DNA from: an uncultured virus (IMG/VR IMGVR_UViG_3300025809_000016)
Taxonomy: Duplodnaviria; Heunggongvirae; Uroviricota; Caudoviricetes
Length of the DNA: 64,000 bases
IMG/VR virus record: IMGVR_UViG_3300025809_000016
Reading direction: 5' to 3' (one strand)
A program made the position numbers and the translations under genes. The notes below the pieces were generated by a model. That model did no database searches. It saw only the letters and a program-made list of their open reading frames with translations, and was not told the origin of the DNA. This document shows positions 58,848-64,000 of the stretch, in pieces. Every line of letters starts with the position of its first letter. Positions within the stretch are counted from its first letter, which is position 1.

Positions 58848-59408
58848 ATGTACAATGAATCACAGCAGGTCGGACAACTTCTTACAGACAGCGCTATCAT
58901 TATGCTGACAGACGGTTTTGAGCAGGACACTATTATGCCAATCGTGGCTAGAATAATGGCTTACAACCTGATGCCTAAAGAGCTTCAGCCTGAGTTCATT
59001 ACTATGGTTATTAACTCACCGGGTGGCTCTGCGCACTCTTGCTTCCACTTGATCGACATTATGAAGACCTCTAAGATCCCAGTGCATACTGTTGCTATGG
59101 GTATTACAGCGTCTTGTGGTGTTCTTACTTTGATGGCAGGAGCGAAAGGTCACAGGTCTGTAACACAGAACACTTCTATCTTGAGTCATACTTGGTCTTG
59201 GGGCGCAAGTGGTACTTCATTCGCTCTGGAAGCTGCTAACGTTGAGTTTGAACTTAGCAACCAAAGGATGATGGCTCACTACAGGAAGTGTACTGGTAAG
59301 TCAGAGAAGTATATTACTAAACATCTGGTTGGCCCGACTGATAGTTGGTTGACTGGAGAAGAAGCAGTGAAACACGGATTAATTGACTTTGTAACGGAGA
59401 CTTACTAA
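58848..59408 (+). CDS. ClpP-like protease
   Basis: INSPGG, AS.G, H, D.WL..EEA...GLID. Confidence 0.9.
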   Translation: MYNESQQVGQLLTDSAIIMLTDGFEQDTIMPIVARIMAYNLMPKELQPEFITMVINSPGGSAHSCFHLIDIMKTSKIPVHTVAMGITASCGVLTLMAGAKGHRSVTQNTSILSHTWSWGASGTSFALEAANVEFELSNQRMMAHYRKCTGKSEKYITKHLVGPTDSWLTGEEAVKHGLIDFVTETY

Positions 59409-59625
59409 TATGGAAAATATGATTGAAGGTATTGAGTGCATTGGCGAATTTGATTCTCACACAGAAGGTTGTGTAATCACCTTAACAGATCAGACGATCT
59501 ACATTTACCAGAACGAGTTCTTCCTGACATGTTGGGAGGAGGCGATTGAAGAACTGAAGATGGTGTTCAGGTTTGAAGATGGCGAACTACTCTCTCTTGA
59601 CACACTAAGCTACTAAGGAACCTAA

Positions 59626-60177
59626 ATGACTAATGAATACGAAGACCCGAGTTTATCATCGGATGCCCCCAGCATTGACCCTAATGCCACGGAGCCTAAA
59701 GCAGTAGAGGGTGCTCACGGAGGCAAACGCCCCGGTGCAGGTCGCCCTAAAGGAAGTAAGAACCAGTTCTCTAAGCACTCGGTAGATCGACTGAAAGAGC
59801 TTGAGTTCGACCCAATGGAAGCTATGGTAGATCTCTATCACGAGACAGCAACGATCATTGCCGAGATGGAAGATGTCAACCACCCGAGACGGTATAGCGC
59901 ACCCGCGTTAGCTGCCTTGATCATTAATAAACAGAAGGTTATCAACGACTTAATGCGATACGGCTACCGACACGTTCCTGAAAAGATCGAGGTAGAGGCT
60001 GTTGAGAAGCAACCGTTCCAGATCAACTTTACAGGCGTGACCCCTAAGGCCGCTGTTGTTATTGAGCAGTTGGACACAGTAGATGTTGAGCTCCAGCCTG
60101 CTAACTTTGACAGTGATGTTGGAGTAGTAGAAACTGTTGAAGACAACTCTGCCCCTGATGAAGATAAAGAAGACTAA
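59626..60177 (+). CDS. Terminase small subunit-like protein (putative)
   Basis: HGGKRPGAGRPKGSKN motif; acidic tail. Confidence 0.5.
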   Translation: MTNEYEDPSLSSDAPSIDPNATEPKAVEGAHGGKRPGAGRPKGSKNQFSKHSVDRLKELEFDPMEAMVDLYHETATIIAEMEDVNHPRRYSAPALAALIINKQKVINDLMRYGYRHVPEKIEVEAVEKQPFQINFTGVTPKAAVVIEQLDTVDVELQPANFDSDVGVVETVEDNSAPDEDKED

Positions 60178-60236
60178 TAATTAGGCCGAAAGGCTTTTCC
60201 CTATTGATACACTAAACTAACTACGAGAATATAACT

Positions 60237-60572
60237 ATGAAAACTATTAACAAGCAAGTACAATCACAAACATCTTTCAACTTTGACCAGCGCACTATCT
60301 CTGATTTCAACTCTTCAGAACTCGCTCAGTTGGCGCATGACTATTTGTCGTTGATCGCTAATGGCAAGGGTGCCAGCTTTGGCGCAATTGCTGCGGGTCT
60401 TGGTATTAACTACCGAACTGAAAGTCGTGTCTACAAGCTCCTCTTTGCTGTATTAAGGAAGATGGGTGCAGATGGCAGGCTCGATATGTTCCGGTCTGAA
60501 ATTGGTAATCGTACTATCTATATGTCTAATGGGAGCTACAACGCTAAGCCTGTTCACTACTCAGCAACTTAA
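60237..60572 (+). CDS. Hypothetical, possibly winged-helix protein
   Basis: ASFGAIAAGLGI helix pattern. Confidence 0.5.
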   Translation: MKTINKQVQSQTSFNFDQRTISDFNSSELAQLAHDYLSLIANGKGASFGAIAAGLGINYRTESRVYKLLFAVLRKMGADGRLDMFRSEIGNRTIYMSNGSYNAKPVHYSAT

Positions 60573-60586
60573 AGGAACCAAACACT

Positions 60587-60862
60587 ATGATCAATGAACA
60601 CCCCTACTTTAGTGAAGAATACCTCGCAGCAGCAGCTTTAGCAGCTCAGATCAGGATGGATACAGAGGCCTTGACATATGCTAAGAACGCTGCTATCGTG
60701 GACAAGAATGCAACCTTGCGCTTTATAGCGTATAACACACACAACGTAGGGAAAGCCGTGTACAACAAAGTATTAGCGGAGTATGAAGCAGCAGAGACTA
60801 AGTCTTCTAACGCTTATATGGCAGCTAAGATGACTGCCTTCAATCGATTATTAGGAGAGTAA
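60587..60862 (+). CDS. Hypothetical protein
   Basis: RBS. Confidence 0.55.
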   Translation: MINEHPYFSEEYLAAAALAAQIRMDTEALTYAKNAAIVDKNATLRFIAYNTHNVGKAVYNKVLAEYEAAETKSSNAYMAAKMTAFNRLLGE

Positions 60863-61540
60863 ATGTATTTCATATCAGCACCTTTCGGAAACTATATAAA
60901 GACGAAAAGCACTATCAGTGTTACAGGTAGCTGGACTCTTGAGCCTCGTCCGGGATTAGTAAAGCAAGTCGTGAAGACCTTACGCTATACTAAGACTGGA
61001 TGGAGGAACAAGATTGGCTTACGTAACAAAGGTATTGACTACGCTGTAGCAAGACACAAACGAGGAGATGTGATGAGCCTCGCAGCAGGAGAAGATTGGC
61101 TAGGCCTGTATGAGAAGGTAAGCCCTTATGCCAGTGTGGAGATTAATATCAGCTGTCCTAATTTGGATAAGCAGGTAGGTCAACTGGTGGAGGGTTATGA
61201 TCTCTGGCCTAAGACAGATCGTGAGTGGTGTATAGCTAAGATCTCACCGTTGGCAGATGAGGCCCTCGTTGATCAGTTGGTATACGCAGGCTATACGACT
61301 ATCCACGCAAGCAACACACTACCTTCTGATAAAGGAGGTCTAAGTGGTAAGCTGCTGGTACCGTATACTATGAGGCTATTAGACTACATTAATAAGAACC
61401 ATCCCCACGTAGAGGTCATAGCTGGCGGCGGTGTCACTTGTGAGCAGGATGCAGAGGACTATATGAACGCAGGTGCGGATCATGTCAGCCTTGGTACTGT
61501 TTGCTTTACCCCTTGGAAGATAAAAGGAATAGTAGGATGA
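60863..61540 (+). CDS. Dihydroorotate dehydrogenase-like flavoprotein
   Basis: N.IGL.N.G, EINISCPN, KISP, SNT, GGLSG, I.GGGV, AGAD.V..GT. Confidence 0.85.
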   Translation: MYFISAPFGNYIKTKSTISVTGSWTLEPRPGLVKQVVKTLRYTKTGWRNKIGLRNKGIDYAVARHKRGDVMSLAAGEDWLGLYEKVSPYASVEINISCPNLDKQVGQLVEGYDLWPKTDREWCIAKISPLADEALVDQLVYAGYTTIHASNTLPSDKGGLSGKLLVPYTMRLLDYINKNHPHVEVIAGGGVTCEQDAEDYMNAGADHVSLGTVCFTPWKIKGIVG

Positions 61541-61741
61541 TGCACTTAATAGCAGTAGCGGCCTTTAACCTGTTGGTTATCGTCGCAGTAATCGGGGTTG
61601 TAATAGGCCCTTTCTATGCACGTAAACTTTACAAGGAGAAACAACTATGATAATGTTGATACTACATGTTGTAGCAATTTGTACTATGCCAGCAGCGTTA
61701 TTCGTAACGATACCGCTTCACATACTGATAGTGTCTGTCTC

Positions 61742-61873
61742 TTGAGACTCTTAGTGGCAGTAGTGTTAGTGTTGCTAGTGGGCTGCGCATCACCCTCTCC
61801 CTTTGTATTAGGGGAAGAGGTTCAACCACCAACAGGCTGTAGAGAAGGCCGAGAACGAGGAGTAGACTGTTGA
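61742..61873 (+). CDS. Small lipoprotein
   Basis: Hydrophobic signal and LVGC lipobox; TTG start assumed. Confidence 0.5.
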   Translation: MRLLVAVVLVLLVGCASPSPFVLGEEVQPPTGCREGRERGVDC

Positions 61874-62265
61874 GTAATGTAAGTAAGAAGCTACTACAGA
61901 AGATCTTGAGGAATGTACATTTCAGGTTTGACTACACCTATGACGATGACCAGTATGGCGGTGAGCACTGGCCCGATGTGGATATGCTAGGCGGTATTCC
62001 TACTGGTCGAGATGAGTTCAAGGATGACTGTGATGGTTTCGCCTTGATGTGTCGTGCTAAGTGCAGGGAAGAGGGTATACGTAGTAGGTTGGTATTCTGT
62101 AGGACTAGTAACGGAACAGGACATTTGATCTTAGAGGTCGATGGCTATTTGTTAAATAACATACACAAGTGGGTTATGACTGCTGATCAGTTGCCTGACT
62201 GGGAGTTCATTAGTATTAGCGGATTCGAAACAGGAGACCCTTGGCATAGAATTGTAATGGATTAA
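61870..62265 (+). CDS. Transglutaminase-like cysteine peptidase
   Basis: Y..D..QYG.E.W, DCDGFA, GH.IL.V. Confidence 0.7.
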   Translation: MSNVSKKLLQKILRNVHFRFDYTYDDDQYGGEHWPDVDMLGGIPTGRDEFKDDCDGFALMCRAKCREEGIRSRLVFCRTSNGTGHLILEVDGYLLNNIHKWVMTADQLPDWEFISISGFETGDPWHRIVMD

Positions 62266-62321
62266 ACTATAAGAGATAGGACATGGACGAGCATATAATG
62301 AACCAATACAAGGACTAGTTA

Positions 62322-62750
62322 ATGTATACATACAAAGTAGAGATAGTAAGAGTAGTAGACGGAGATACAGTCAGGGTCGATATTGACCTCGGCTTCGATA
62401 TGTGGATGAGGGATGTATCTGTACGCTTAGAAGGTATAGACACTCCGGAATCCAGAACTAGTGATCCAAAGGAGAAGTATTACGGTCAACTGGCTAAAGA
62501 AGCACTGGAGGACATCATGGACAATCGTGAGATCTTCTTGAACGTCTCTGGAACTGGTAAAGATAAGTATGGTCGTATCTTAGGATACTTCTTGTATAAG
62601 TCTGACGATGTAAACGCTAATAGCATTAATGCACACTTGGTAGAGATGCACCACGCTGTCTCTTATTACGGACAGAACAAAAACACTATCAGGGCATCTC
62701 ATATGCTTAACAGACGAAAGCTAGAAGAAGCGGGGTATGAAGGATGTTAG
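62322..62750 (+). CDS. Thermonuclease (SNase-like)
   Basis: VVDGDT, VRL.GIDTPE, DKYGR.LG. Confidence 0.92.
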   Translation: MYTYKVEIVRVVDGDTVRVDIDLGFDMWMRDVSVRLEGIDTPESRTSDPKEKYYGQLAKEALEDIMDNREIFLNVSGTGKDKYGRILGYFLYKSDDVNANSINAHLVEMHHAVSYYGQNKNTIRASHMLNRRKLEEAGYEGC

Positions 62751-63361
62751 CAGATATCGGGATGTTAGTCTTGGCAGTAGTGGTTTTGCTGGTAAACTTA
62801 TACGTGGTAAAGGTAGCTATATTTGATGAAGATGAATGAAGAAGATTCGGGATACGAGTTTACAATAACTATAATCGTTTACACTTGTACAGCATTGGGC
62901 TTTATTGCAGGGCTGTTAATAGGAGGAACACAATGAGCAAGGATAGAGTAAAGGACATGAATGATCTACGAGTAAGGATCCAGAAGATGAAGAAGTGGTT
63001 TAACGATAATAAGGAGTTCATCGTTGACATCGCTAAGTCTGTTGTGCGAATCATCAAACAAAAATACAACGAAAGGAAAAACAAGAATGCTAAGTGATTG
63101 TAACATTTACCAGATATCTCAGAGTGTTAATAATGACATCGGTGCCATTGTTGAAGCTCGGGTGATCGCTCGATCTTCTTATGAAGCAGCTACTCTCCAT
63201 CCACGTGGTGGGACAGCTGTGTTAAGAAGGGAACAGTGGAGACGTTATGCTTCTGATGATCAATGGTGTGCTGTTCAAGACGTCTCAGTGAGGCTTGTGG
63301 GTATCGCTTGTTCTAGTGCTAAAGCTGGTAAGGTTATTATGATTGCTAAGGGTAGAGGAGT

Positions 63362-63664
63362 ATGACAGAAGAAGAGAAGGCTAAAGCCAGAGACGAGAAG
63401 AATATGGACATCGTGATCAGGTTTGCCAATGATATGCACAGTGTCTCTTTTGATGAGCTCTATATGGCAGACAGAGAGGCCAACTATGAGTTACGCAATC
63501 AGAAGGTCAGGCACAGTTATTTCTGCGCTATGAAGGCAGTAGGTAATACTACTCAGGAGATAGTAGATAGCTGTGAGATAGACTTGCTCAAGGCTGAAGG
63601 AGTCAAGGGAGCAGTGACCACTATGCTAAAGGTTAAACATCAATACACACAAGAGGAAGTATAA
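63362..63664 (+). CDS. Hypothetical protein
   Basis: GAGGAG RBS. Confidence 0.6.
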   Translation: MTEEEKAKARDEKNMDIVIRFANDMHSVSFDELYMADREANYELRNQKVRHSYFCAMKAVGNTTQEIVDSCEIDLLKAEGVKGAVTTMLKVKHQYTQEEV

Positions 63665-63939
63665 TGAGCTGGGACTTAGTATTAGATTTTGCAGAAGATG
63701 AAAGTAAGATCACTGTAACACAACTGGCGAGATGTCTTGCTAAGTCTGAGGAGGATTTAGAATACGCTAGGGAGATGATGGATCTAGTCAAGAACAAACG
63801 TGGTGAGTTCAGCAACAGTGTCTATATAGAGGCCTGTAGGGTTCATCGTGATCTTTATAGGTTAGTCGCATCGTTAGGGATTATGCTCGAGCACAAACAA
63901 CTAGTAGATGACTATGATGCTAAAGGTGAAGATAGTTAG
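63664..63939 (+). CDS. Hypothetical protein
   Basis: TAATG coupling to the upstream gene. Confidence 0.55.
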   Translation: MSWDLVLDFAEDESKITVTQLARCLAKSEEDLEYAREMMDLVKNKRGEFSNSVYIEACRVHRDLYRLVASLGIMLEHKQLVDDYDAKGEDS

Positions 63940-63956
63940 GTAACGTAAATATGCCC

Positions 63957-64000
63957 CACACAACACTATCTTTGCCTAATGGCATTGATGGTGTTGTGTG
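63957..64000. promoter_or_regulatory. Long hairpin at the window edge
   Basis: CACACAACACTATC/GATGGTGTTGTGTG with inner TGCC-TAAT-GGCA. Confidence 0.55.

Noticed and set aside
4..63815. Numerous minus-strand ORFs in the track (for example 25365-26072, 10484-11017)
   Set aside because: Antisense shadows of well-supported + strand genes, with no recognisable motifs
1..64000. tRNA genes, integrase, repressor, terminase large subunit, portal
   Set aside because: None recognised by eye; terminase and portal are probably outside the window, and tRNAscan-SE would be needed to exclude tRNAs

Overview
The window is a large piece of a lytic, long-tailed (siphovirus-type) dsDNA phage genome, and essentially all credible genes lie on the + strand. 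The host is probably Gram-negative (YadA-like anchor, lipoprotein, SleB and lysozyme genes). 1-28140 is morphogenesis: a large T7-family RNA polymerase whose frame is open from the window edge and which sits directly upstream of the scaffold and capsid genes, followed by head-tail, tail tube, -1 frameshifted tail chaperone, 2127-aa tape measure, tail tip and fibre genes. 28200-34230 is an early-type accessory region of small, mostly membrane proteins, punctuated by a repeated bipartite promoter-like motif, a repeated AT-rich leader, two type II hammerhead ribozymes and an unclassified structured-RNA candidate. 34364-52402 holds a second T7-like RNA polymerase and a T7-like replication and nucleotide module, including a family A DNA polymerase split by a 674-nt group I intron that carries an EndoVII-type homing endonuclease. 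52500-64000 has a MoxR/VWA pair, lysozyme, ClpP, a terminase-small-like gene, dihydroorotate dehydrogenase, a nuclease and hypotheticals. Most notable: a two-RNAP siphophage with a candidate virion RNAP in the head cluster and two distinct promoter families; ribozyme-processed early cassettes; a promoter embedded in a 90-nt hairpin before the second RNAP; and a DNA methyltransferase apparently split into halves 13 kb apart. All calls come from motif recognition by eye, with no database search.
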